Assembly: GCF_964194155.1 (NCBI RefSeq)
Contig: NC_135898.1
Coordinates: 21,576,001 to 21,640,000, forward strand
DNA from: Cetorhinus maximus
Taxonomy: Eukaryota
Direction of reading: 5' to 3'
DNA length: 64,000 bases
The notes below the pieces were generated by a model, which saw only the letters and a list, made by a program, of their open reading frames with translations, did not search any database and was not told the DNA's origin. A program made the position numbers and the translations under genes. Positions 1-11,368 of this stretch are shown here, piece by piece (within the stretch, counting starts at the first letter, position 1; the number at the start of each line of letters is the position of its first letter).

Positions 1-2850
1 CCTCCCTCACTTTGCCACCCTACACTACCCATCCCTTCCTCTATGTGCCACACTACACTGCACACACCTCCCCCTCTGTGCCAACCTACACTGCACACCC
101 CTCCCTCTTTGTCCCAGCCTACACTGCACACTACTTCCTCTCAGTGCCACCCTACACTGCACACCCCTTCCTCTCAGTGCCACCCTACACTGCACACCCC
201 TTCCTCTCTGTGCCACCCTACACTGCACACCCCTTCCTCCCTGTGCCACCCTACACTGCACTTGCCTCCCTCCTCGTGCTACCCACACTGCACAACCCTT
301 CCTTTCTGTGCCACCCTACATTGCACACCCCTTCCTCTCTGTGCCACCTTCCCCTGCACACCCCTCCCTCACTTTGCCAACCCACACTGCACACCGCCCC
401 CCCTCCTTGTGTCACCCTACACTGCACACCCATTCCTCTCTGTGCCACCCACACTGCAAACCCCTCCCTCTCTGTGTCACCCTACACTGCACACCCCTTC
501 CTCTCTGTGTCACCCGACACTGCACACCCCTCCCTCGTTGTGCCACCCTACACTGCACACTCCTCCCTCCTTGTGCCACCCTACACCACACATCCCTTCC
601 TCTCTGTTCCACCCTACACTGCACACACACCCCCTCTGTGCCACCCTACACTGCACACGCCTCCCTCCATTTGCCACCCTACACTGAACACCCCTCCCTC
701 CCTTTGCCACACTACACTGCACACCCGTTCCTCTCTGTGCCTACCTACACGGCACACCCCTCCCTTTGCCACCCTACACTGCACACCCCTTCCTCTCTGT
801 GCGACCCTACACTGCACACACCTCACACCCTGTGCCACCCTACACTGCACACCTCTTCTTCTCTGTGCCACCTACACTACACATCCCTTCCTCTCTGTGC
901 CACACTACACTGCACACCCCTTCCTCTATGCCACCCTACACTGCACACCCCTTCCTCTCCGTGCCACCTACACTACACATCCCTTCCTCTCAGTGCCACC
1001 CATCACTGAACACCCATTCCTCTCTGTGCCACTCAACACTGCACATGCCTCGCTCCCTTTGCCCCCCAAACTGCACACCCCTTCCTCTCTGTGCCACCCT
1101 ACACTGCACACCTCTTCCTCTCTGTGCCACTCTACACACGCCTCCCTCACTTTGCCACCCTACAATGCACACCCCTTCCTCTCTGTGGCACCGGACACTG
1201 CACACCCCTTCATCTCTGTGCCACCCTACACTGCACACCCCTTCCTCTCTGAGCCACCCTACACTGCACACCCCTTCCTCTCTGTGCCAACCTACACTGC
1301 ACATGCCTCCCTCCCTTTGCCACCCTACGCTACACACCCTTTGCTCTCTGTGCCACCCCACACTACACACCCCTTCCTCTCTGTGCCAACCTACACTGCA
1401 CATGCCTCCCTCCCTTTGCCACCCTACACTGCACACCCTCCCTCCTTGTGCCACCCTACACTGCACACTCTTTCCTCACGGTGCCACCCTACACTGCATT
1501 CGCCTCCCTCCTTGTGCCACCTTACACTGCACACCCCTCCCTCCTCATGCCACCCTACACTGCACACCCCTTCCTCTCTGAGCCACCCTACACTGCACAC
1601 CCATCTCTCCTTGTGCCACCCTAAACTGCACACATCCCTCCTTGTGCCACACCACAATGCACACCCTTCCTGTCTGTGCCACCCTACACTGCACGCCCTT
1701 CCTCTCAGTGTCACCCTACACTGCATAACCCTTCCTCTCTGTGCCACCCTACACTGCACACCTGTCCCTCCTTTTGCCACCTTGTACTGCACACCCCTTC
1801 CTCTGTGCCACCCTACACTGCACACTCCTTCCTCTGTGTGCCACCCTACACTGCACACCCCTTCCTCTGTGTGCCACACTACACTGCACACCTCATCCTC
1901 TCGGTGCCACCTTACACTGCACACCCCTCCCTCCTTGTGCCTCCCAACACTGCACACACTTCCCTCCTTGTGCCACCCTACACTACACACCCGTTCCACT
2001 CTATGCCACCCTACACTGCACACACCTCCCCCTTTGTGCCACCCTACACTGCACACGCCTCCCACCGTTTGCAACCCTACACTGCACACGCCTCCCACCC
2101 TGTGCCACCCTACACTGCACACGCCTCCCTCACTTTGCCACCCTACACTTCAAACCCCTCCCTCACTTTGCCACCCTACACTGCACACCCCTCCCACCCT
2201 GTGCCACCCCACACTTCAAACCCCTCCCTCCTTGTGCCTCCCTACACTGCACACCCCTTCCTCTCTGTGCCACCTACACTACATATCCCTTCCTCTCTGT
2301 GCCACCTACACTGCACACCGCATCATCTGTGCCACCCTTTGCTGCACAACCCTCCCCCTCTGTGCCATCCTACACTGCACACCCCTCCACCTCTGTGGCA
2401 TCCTACAATGCACACCCCTTCCTCTCTGCGACACCCGACACTGCACACCCCTTCCTCTCTGTGCTACCCGACACTGCACACCCCTCCCTCTCTTTGCCAC
2501 CCTAAACTGCACACCCCTCCCTCCTTGTGCCACCCTATGCTGCACATCCCTCCCTCTCTGTGCCATCCTACACTGCACACCCCTCCCTCCCTTTGCCACC
2601 CTACACTACACACCCCATCCCCTCTGTGCCACCCTACACTGCACACCTTCCTCTGTGCCACCCTACACTGCACACCCCATCCCCTCTCTGCCACCCTGCA
2701 CTGCACACCCCTTCCTCTGTGCCACCCTACACTGCACACCCCTCCCTCCCTTTGCCACCCTACACTGCACAATCCTCTCTCTCTGTGCCACCCTACACTG
2801 CACACCCCTCCCTCTCTGTGCCACCCTACACTGCATATTCCTTCATCTCT
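1..2850. repeat. 33-bp degenerate minisatellite (consensus ~CCTTCCTCTCTGTGCCACCCTACACTGCACACC); runs off the window start; intronic in the ferlin gene
   Basis: Unit visibly repeated for ~2.85 kb. The 11-aa periodicity of the overlapping ORFs (PPYTAHPFLSV / CHPTLHTPSSL) reflects the 33-nt unit. Confidence 0.97.
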
Positions 2851-3238
2851 TTCACTGCGCCGGCACATCTCCCACTATATCGTCCTAACCACCCCTGTGT
2901 ATCTCACACCACACTCTAAGATCGCTCACTCTCTCTTGTCTCACCCTTTATCGATAGTTCCACCTCTCTCATCCTCTCAGTCTTACCCGTGCCACCCTTG
3001 CCCAGCCTAATCAATAATTAAACTGTGCCATATCAGTCTGATCAACTCTAAAGTATGAAGCTTGTTGTTACTGACTCATGATGCCACCAATCTCTCCAAT
3101 ATCTGCGGCAATTGGCCCTTTTTACACGGTACACATTTTTCCAGATGTCTGCGCTGTATGTAAAATGCTGCCTGTGAGCTCAGCTTTCAACCCTCAAACT
3201 ACCCGAGAACGTCACATCGAGAATGCTCTTCCACTTGC

Positions 3239-3294
3239 CTCATTCCACTTGACATTCTTGTCCTCTTCCGATAAGCTCGTCCTCTTCTTTTTCC
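3239..3294 (-). CDS. Ferlin exon 2 (56 nt; GKKKRTSLSEEDKNVKWNE)
   Basis: Acceptor tttctgtcttgccag|GG; donor GAG|GCAAGT (GC-AG intron); KKRT..WNE C2A motif. Confidence 0.72.
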
Positions 3295-6200
3295 CTGGCA
3301 AGACAGAAATTACAGTTGGGGCTTACAGCACGTGGTCACTTTATGCCATTTCCAACATCGCCCTCCCTCTGAAGTCTAGTGGAAACCAGATATCAAGATA
3401 ACCAGATACCAAGACATTAATCAACTTGCAGAACGGGTGTAGAATCGCTAAGTGTGAGACGGTGCCTTTCATTCAGAAGAATAAGGAAGTTACAGTTCTT
3501 GGGAACTGAGTCTAAATGGGTAACAAACAAGGGGGATCTGAGGTACTGATACACAGGTCATCAAAAGTTACCATGTAAGGAGTATTAGAAAAAGAAGCAA
3601 AGCACTGGGATTTATTCCAAGAGGGATAGAACTCAAGAACAGATAAGTTAATTTTAGACTTACACCAATGGTGGGGTTGTGGTAATTTCACTGGTCTAGT
3701 AATCAAAAGGGCCAAGCTAATGGGCTGGGGAAAGGGGTTTAACCTCAAATTCAACTAATTAACAAAATCTGGAGTTGAAATTTAGTCTCCTTAATGGTGA
3801 CCATGAAACTATCATCAATTGTTGTAAAAACACATCTGGTTCACCAATCCACTTTTTAGGGAAGGAAATCTGCCATCCTTACCTGGTCTGGTCTACATGT
3901 GACTCTTAATTACCCTTGAAACGCAATTAAGAATGGGTAACAAATGTCAGTGATGCAAATAAAAAGTACAATGCCCCAGGTCTTCTGGTCTTCAGATGGT
4001 TGGAGATCAGACGTACCCTGAAAGATGCGCTGTGGGACCCCTTGGAAGTCCCAATGCAACGACTCCATGGGAATTGCCTGGGGAATTTCAAGTATCGATG
4101 GGCAATTCCCCTGTCCAGAGCCCTCTGATAAAGTCTCCAACTCTGAGTTAATGGTCGGAGACTTTGGAGGGTTCCGACTCATTTACCTGGATAGTTACCC
4201 AGGAAATTTTAAACTCCTGGGTAATTATACAACTGGCCCCCCTCTCTGAACTCCCACTAACCACACCCACCCCACCACCCCACCCCACCGTTTTCCCACA
4301 CCGACCCTCCAACTCCCCCCATGACCCTCCAAACCCATGATCCTCTAACTCCCTCACTGACTGACCCCGGCTCTCCCAGACCCTCCAGCTTCCCCATCCC
4401 CCACGACCCTGTGACTCACCCTGGATCTCGCACCACCGCAACCCACCCCCCCCAACCGACTTTCCCCTAACGACTTCCCCAACACTCGGACTACCTGACC
4501 TCATCACCCAGCCTGCCACCCTACCTGCTTACCTCGCTCGCATTCACTAACACGGTGAAAAGCTATTTAGATGTTCCAAAGCTTTTCAGTGAATGAACGA
4601 AGACTTACCAGACTATGGCATCTAATGCTGTAAAAAGGAGGCATGGCTTGAGTTCCCCTGACAATCCTGCACCACGAGGAAGGACTCCGAGAACAAGTGC
4701 ACTCCGCAGTTCTGAAGAAGCCTGGTTCAGAAGTCCTGACCAGAAATGTGGACTCCGGCGCTGTGTATGAAATTAGGAGCGGAGTGGCAATCCGACGGCG
4801 ATTGCCACTCCTGGGAATATTCAGCCCGTTAAAATAACACAGGAGGGTTGGGAGTAAGGGTCAGAGGTAGAAATGAGGAAATCAGATCAGATGCCAGAAA
4901 TATTTTCATAATCTGAGGGTGAAACCTATTCGAATAAGTGTTTAAACCTAGAGGTATCAATATTGTCGGCTGAAATGACCTTGTATTGTCTCAAGGTTCT
5001 AATACTTTAATGTAGTTTGATAAATTACAAGTACGTGGAAATTTCTTGCTCATTACCCGCTTGATTGGCTTCCCATCCACCACCTTAAACATTCACTCCC
5101 ACCACCACCACTGGCACACCCAAGCCACTCACCATCCTAACTTGGAAATACATCACCATTCCTTCACCGTCACTGGGTCAAAATCCTGGAACTCCCTCCC
5201 TAACAGCACTGTGGGTGTACCTACACCACAGGGACTGTGGCGGTTCAAGAATTAGCTCAACATCACCTTCTCAAGGGCATTTAGGGATGGGCAATGAATG
5301 CTGGCCTTGGCAATGACATCCAGATCTCTGAATGATTAAATTTTGAACGATTATAAACCCCAAGACGTTTAACGTAAGGTTGGGGGTGTTTTTATACAGG
5401 AGGTTGTTGGAGAATGGGATGTTTTGCCACATGGATCGGTTAATACAGAGACAAAGTCGTATATATAATTGCAGCAGGGAAAATTTCAGGGCTATTTTGG
5501 GAGTTGCTTTGGCAAAGAGTTAGCACAACAATTTACAGCTCTATAGCACATGTAATGCAGTAAAGTGTACCAAGGTACTTAACTAGTAGACAGACAGAGA
5601 GGTTTAACTATTAACAACATCAGCTAACATGGCTACCAGGAAAGGGAGCTTAATGAAAAACAGTTTGATTGGAATAGGATTGAGGGAGCAGGGGGTGAGT
5701 GTCAAGGACAAGATGAGGTTGGAGACACCATTGTTGGAGATGAGTTAAGAATCTCAAGGAAGACAGAAGTTCAGAGCCAGAGCAGCAAGGAACTATTAGG
5801 GAACAGTGTTCTAAAGGGTTAGGAGAAGTGAGGCGGGTGGTAGGGGCAGCTGAACAGATTAGCTCAATCTTTGCAACAAAAAAGTGCATGAGTTCCTCGT
5901 ATATTGTCGGAGGTGAGGGTGAAGGCAGGGGAGAGGGGTTTAAGACAGTTAGCAGCATTAGCAATGGAGAGCATAGCCCGATAATGCTTCAAGTAGTCCA
6001 GCAGGATCTGGTGATGGACAGTTAAGCCACTTGTTCACCAAAGACTTTCAAATCTGTGTCCCTCAGTCTTAAGTGAGTAAAGATGAGAGATGTAGCAAGG
6101 GGAATGATTAGGTGAGAGAGTGTAATAGCGCTCGTAGGGATAGGAGCATTAAAGGTGGCAAATCGGTAGCTACAGAAATGTCATGATGAATCTACCCAAA

Positions 6201-7549
6201 GATTGGATAATTGGGAATTTGAAAGTGCAGTGTTAAGCGACTTAAGGGAGAGTTTTTTTCAAGGTTGGACACAGAAAGAAGTGGACTTCAGAAGGAGAAT
6301 ATGGCTAGACCAGAAAACATCGCTGATTGCTTTATCAGTGATAGTAATGATTGGGGTAGCAAGGCCATGTGAGATGACAAGACTGAGGGGGTGAGAAAGG
6401 AGGGCAGTGAACCCTGAGGAGATGAAGAGGAGAGATGGAGGTCGAAATCACCGATGACAAGAAGTCCCTCGGCGCTGAGGCTGAGGGTGGAAAGCAGAGA
6501 ATATATCTTAGTGATGAACTTGCTGTGAGACTTAGGTGGGAGGTACAAAACAAAGATTTTAAATGATAGGTCTGAAGGGTGGAAGGAGAGTCACTCAAAT
6601 GAGGAGACAGGCACAGGTGTGATTCAGAGAGAAAGGGCAAGAGGTTTAACCAGATGGGGAGCCATCATTAGGGAGAAGGTGTCATCAGCCCTCAGCCATG
6701 CCCTCTATGAAGGCCTTGATGCGAAGGCGAAGCTGAGGGCTTTATTCACAGGTGAATGCACATTTTGGAAGGAGTTGGAGAGAGACAGAGATGACAGTCA
6801 ATGTTCTGGCCACTTTTACCCTGTTTACAATCAAAAGGGTCAGCGAGAGCTGAGAGAACAAATATGGAGCATCTAGGGCAAGCAGGAGCCAAGACCCAGG
6901 CTTGTATTTTACATAGAGTCATAACGGCAGAACAGAGGGCCATTCAGTCCATGCTGGCTCTCTGCAGATAAATCCAGCTAGTCCCATTCTTATGCTCTAC
7001 CCCCGTAGCCCTGCAAGTTTATTTCCCTCAAGTGCCCATCCAATTTCCTTTTGAAATCATTCATCGTCTCTGTTTCCACCACCCTCGTGGGCAGCGAGTT
7101 CCTGGCCATTAATATTCACTGTGTAAACAAGCTTCTTCCTCACATTCCCCCTCCCACACCTGCCCTCCTCCCCCCCCGCCCCCAACCGACCCCACATCTC
7201 TCACCCAAAACTTGATATCTGTGTCCCCCATTCCTTGTAACTTCAGCTTATTGGGACCAGCATTTTTTTTTGTCTACTTTATCCAAAATTATCGTAATCT
7301 TGTACACTTGAATCAGGTCTCCTTTCAACCTGCCAGCTTTGCCCCACTTGTGCTGGGTTTGAAAGCTGCCATTAATAGTTGGGAGGGAGGTTGAAACTGA
7401 GTGAGTGGAGCTGTCACGGTGCTGATGGTTGAAGTTGTTGCTGGTCAGAAGCCCCTCCTCCTCTCCTCCAACTCACCTCTGAAGACCACAGACACATGGA
7501 GCTGGGAGCTCTCCGGTCTGAAAGCGGCCAGTCTGCCCACGCTCAGCAT
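3239..7549 (-). CDS. Type-1 ferlin (FER1L5/dysferlin/myoferlin-like), 5' end only: join(7549..7477, 3294..3239); continues beyond position 1
   Basis: Spliced translation MLSVGRLAAFRPESSQLHVSVVFRGKKKRTSLSEEDKNVKWNE resembles the ferlin C2A N-terminus (VSVxF-xx-KKRT...WNE). Phase-1 intron after VVFR and 56-nt exon 2 match the recalled DYSF layout. In-frame stop upstream of the ATG. Confidence 0.7.
3668..3965 (+). mobile_element. tRNA-derived SINE copy
   Basis: Shares the ggaaggaaatctgccatccttacc...ctacatgtgactc core with copies at ~17390-17685, ~32930-33235 (minus) and ~49640-50080. Confidence 0.7.
3966..4827. mobile_element. Putative non-autonomous DNA transposon/MITE remnant with internal hairpins and a C-rich spacer
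   Basis: 12-bp perfect inverted repeat at 4781-4811 next to a terminus-like GGGAATATTCAGCCC; 13/14-bp inverted repeat at 4191-4228; no coding capacity. Confidence 0.35.
5640..6890 (-). mobile_element. Decayed L2-type LINE ORF2 fragment (APE endonuclease region)
   Basis: ORF 6288..6548 YLPPK...LLVIGDFDLHL resembles the APE YRPP and GDFN motifs; broken by stops and frameshifts. Confidence 0.7.
7477..7549 (-). CDS. Ferlin exon 1, coding part (73 nt; MLSVGRLAAFRPESSQLHVSVVFR)
   Basis: ATG at 7549; strong donor AGAG|GTGAGT; phase 1, compatible with exon 2. Confidence 0.68.
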
Positions 7550-7724
7550 TCTTTCAGCCGCTCAGCCTTCACATCGGTCTCAGGCCCGGCTTGACCGAAG
7601 CTTACTGCTGCCTTCAGGCACCACCGCTGCTTGTCATTGTCCATGTCCCCCACCCCCTTCCCCAGGTGGCTGCCTTCCTCACTCCCCCATCAGAGCTTCA
7701 CACAGGGAAAGAGTGTAACAAAGA

Positions 7725-7975
7725 GACTCACATGACAGCTGGCAACAATGGGGAAATCACGTGACAATGAGTGGAAGCAAGGTCACATGGCAAGACTACA
7801 GAACAAAGGTCAGGTGGTACTGGGCAACAATGGGTGTCACATGACAACGCAATGGAACCAAGGTCATGTGACAGCGCGCAATGGCCATTACGTAACAATG
7901 GGGCAGAACAAAGGTTACGTTGGCATTGGGCAACAATGGGACATCAGATGACAATGGGCAAAGCCACATGCCATC
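7725..7975. promoter_or_regulatory. ~27-bp-period degenerate repeat carrying about 10 E-box/CLEAR-like or bZIP-like palindromes upstream of ferlin exon 1
   Basis: TCACATGA 7728, TCACGTGA 7757, GTCACATG 7782, TCAGGTG 7810, GTCACATGAC 7836, GTCATGTGAC 7863, TTACGTAA 7888, GTTACGT 7914, TCAGATGAC 7944, CCACATG 7964. Confidence 0.55.
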
Positions 7976-8639
7976 AACTTACTCAATGCCATGTTAAAGG
8001 AACTCAGGGTGGGAGCTGCACAGATAGGAGGAACACTCTGAATTGGCCATGGCATAACGCAGACAGATCTCACTTAAACTGTTTGCAAGCCAGCCCATTG
8101 GCCAGAATGAGTCCCTGCATTCAATCTGCAGTCAGCACTGCTGAGAAGAGGAAAGAAACCTAACACTGAAGCACACATCGCGTGCTTTATTTAGAAAGCA
8201 GAGTGAAAGAGGAAGGCCCAAACAGGATAGATAACAAGCACATCAAGATGACACAAACCAGCTGGCTTCTGTGCTTTTCTTCTGATAAAGATGTGAATGG
8301 TTGGCCTTGGCCGCAGCTCTGTCCAGTCAATCTGGGGAAACCTGGGTGAGGATGAGACTCCCATGTAAATGGAGGAACTTGTATTAGAGCAGAACCTTTC
8401 GCTAGTTCCCAGCCAGTGGAGCAGTTTCGAAATGTAGTCACTGATGTCAGAAACGCAGCAGCCAATTTGCGCAAAGCAAGATCCCACAAAGAGCAATTTA
8501 AATCTTGTGGCCTAGAAGGGGCAGATTTACATTCAGGAAATGGAAAGCCCTATGTACAGCAGTATACAAACCTTAGTAATACTGGAAACGTGGCATGCAC
8601 ATCAACTCCAGGATTCTCCTCCTTGCCCTGTTGTTGGCC

Positions 8640-9305
8640 CACAGAATTGTTACAGTGCAGAAGGAGGCCATTCGGCCCATCGTGTCTGCACCAGCTCTCC
8701 AAATGAGCATTATGACTTAGTGCCATTCTCCTGCCTATTCTTCATACCCTTGCACATTGTTGCTATTTAAATAATCATCTAATGCCCTTTTGAATGCCTC
8801 GATTGAACCTGCCTCCACCACACTTCCAGGCAGTGCATTCCAGACTACAGCCACTCGGTTTTTTCTCACATTGAATTTGCTTCTTTTGCGAATCATTTTC
8901 AATCTGTGCCCTCTCGTTCTCGATCCTTTTACGAGCGGAACAGTTTCTCCCTATCTATTCTATCCAGCCCCCTCATGATTTTGAGCCTATCAAATCTCCT
9001 TTTAGCCTCCTCCTCTCCAAGGAGAACAATCCCAACCTCTCCAATCTATCTTTGTAACTCAAGTTTCTCAACCCTGGAACAATTCTTGTAAACCCCTTCT
9101 GCACTCTCTCTAATGCGTTCACATCCTTCCTATAGTGTGATGCCCAGGGCCGTACAAGACACTAGCTGAGGTCTAACGAGTGTCTTATAGAAATTGAGCA
9201 TAACCTCCCTGCTCTTGTACTCCAAGCCCCTATTAATAAAGCCCAGGATGCTGTATGCTTTATTAACTGCTCTCTCCGCCTGTCCTGCCACCTTCAATGA
9301 CCCAT
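8640..9305 (-). mobile_element. CR1-type LINE 3' fragment
   Basis: ORF 9130..9318 LGFINRGLEYKSREVMLNFYKTLVRPQL is typical of the CR1 ORF2 C-terminus; CR1-type 3'UTR. Confidence 0.85.
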
Positions 9306-9974
9306 GATGATGCTTCAAGATAGACTCAATTTAACACATCAGTATGTGGAAATATTCTTTCCAATTCCCCTATCTGGATATAATAAAGCATATTTGGTGC
9401 ATGGCTTATAAGGGTGAAAAGTGCCGATAAGGCCAAATGGAAATGGAAACACGCTCATAGATCCAAAAAATAACTGGCGCTGGGTGACGATGCCATTTAT
9501 TAGTTTATCACTTTATAAAGATTGCACTTAATTTACACCGCATCACTATCCCATTTAACAAACACTCACTATACAGATCGAATTCCAAATACTACCCATT
9601 TCCCCTATTACCTCAATGATCTAATTCTTGAATCTTGCAGTATTATTTCCCAAATATAGGTCTATCCACAGCCCCCACCCCATCTCCCCCCACCCACCTC
9701 ATCCAACCGCACAGGTTGTCCTTTTCATAATGTTCGTTTACAAATCTCTCAAAGACTTTCCCTTCGACAAATGTTATGTTGACCTCAGGGAGGCCGAGGA
9801 ATGGCTTTTGAAGTGCAGTCACTGTTGTAGGAAATGCAGCAGCCAACTTACGCACAGCAAGCTCCCACAAATAGCACTGTCACAATGAACCAAATAATAT
9901 TAGTGATGTTGACTGAGGGACAACTATTGGCTGGGACACCAAGGAGGGCTTCTGGCTCGTCCTGAAAATAGTCA

Positions 9975-10815
9975 TTATGACACAGAAGGAGGTTACTCGG
10001 CCTATCAAGTCCATGTTAGTTCTCTACAGAGCATTCCAGTCAGTCCCACTGCCCCACTCTGTAGCCCTGCAAGTTTCTTTTCCTCAAGTGTCCATCCAAT
10101 TCCCTTTTGAAATCATTCATCGTCTCCGCTTTCACCGTCCTCGTAGGTAGCAAGTTCCAGGTCATTACCACTCGCTGTGTAAAAGAGTTCTACCTCACAT
10201 CCCCCAGCATCCCTTGCCCAAAACCTTAAATCTCTGCCCCCTGGTTCTTGTACCATCGGCTAATGAAACCATTCTGGCAAATCTCCTCCGCACCCTCTCA
10301 AGGACCCTCACATCCTTCCTAAAGTGTGGTGACCAGAACTGGATACAATACTCTAGTTGGAGCCTAACCAGAGCTTTATAAAGGTTCAGCATAACTTCCC
10401 TGCTTTTGTACTCAATACGTCTACATATGAAGCCCAAGATACCATGTACTTTGCTAACCATTCTCTTCCCAGAATCACAGAATTGTTACGGTGTAGGAGG
10501 CCATTCGGCCCATTGTGTCTGCATTGGCTCTCTGAGCATTTTAACTTAGTGCCAATCTTCTACCTTTTCCCCATAACCCTGAACATTGTTTCTATTTGAA
10601 TAATCATCCAATGCCCTCTTGAATGCCTCAATTGAACCTGCATCCACCACACCTCCAGGCAGTGCATTCCAAACCCTAACTACTCGCTGTGTGAAAAAGT
10701 TTTTTCTCACCTCACATTTGCTTCTTTTGCAAAACACTTTAAAACTGTGCCCTCTGGTTCTCGATCCGTTTACGAGCGGGAATGGTTTCTCTTAATATGT
10801 CCCGCCACCTTCAAC
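9975..10815 (-). mobile_element. Nested CR1-type LINE 3' fragments
   Basis: ORFs 10195..10461 (YKALVRLQLEYCIQFWSPHFRKD) and 10546..10737 (FFTQRVVRVWNALP). Confidence 0.85.
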
Positions 10816-11212
10816 TTGAACAGCTAAGTCAAAGCGGAAAAAAGTAAAGTGATGGACAACAGCCAGTTAATTTGAACATTTTAATGCCTCAAATTATTGG
10901 TGCTTCAGGAGTATAGAATGAAGTAGTGCCAATTTGGCCTCTCCAGTGAGGCACTGAATAAACCACAAACCAAGAAAATCTTAGTCTTCAGTTGTTCCAT
11001 CAAAATTATCCCCGCTCTCCCGAGTTGAGGGAGGATTTCATACACGTGTTGACTTGATCAGTGAACTGATCCATGAGACAGTGCAGTGACATGGTTTGAT
11101 GACCAAAGCATGGCGTGGGTGTACCCTTGCCAACAAATCCAAGATTGGTATCGAGACAGAGCTCCGCTGGCAGGGCAGGTATGCCAACACACCGGGTCCT
11201 AGGCGGCAGGCG

Positions 11213-11368
11213 TCATGTCAACATCTCGGACTGCAGGCACTCCTTTAATGCCGGGTGGTCTATCACCAGATCGTGAGGTGCTCTGGATCTCCTGTCCTTC
11301 ACCGTCCTTAAGGCTGGATTCTGCTGAAGCAAGGCCTCGCACACCTCCTGGTGACACCTTTCTGCAGC
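11213..11368 (-). CDS. ANKRD39: ANKRD39 last coding exon ([20 protein letters not shown]...SEMLT*)
   Basis: Acceptor ttcattag|GCT; TGA at 11213-11215; this frame is absent from the ORF track. Confidence 0.9.
   Translation of the reverse strand, partial: AAERCHQEVCEALLQQNPALRTVKDRRSRAPHDLVIDHPALKECLQSEMLT

Noticed and set aside
12-2888. 958-aa Pro/His/Cys-rich ORF and overlapping ORFs
   Set aside because: Artefact of a stop-free 33-bp repeat: the frame switches freely between three repeat peptides, the start is not ATG, and it is antisense within an intron.
3239-7549. Assigning the symbol DYSF, MYOF or ANKRD23 to the two small exons
   Set aside because: No ANKRD23 similarity, and 43 aa is too little and too diverged to fix the ferlin paralogue, so the symbol is left blank.
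7725-7975. CRISPR-like repeat/spacer appearance
   Set aside because: Eukaryotic context, repeats too short and degenerate, linkers related to each other, no cas genes.
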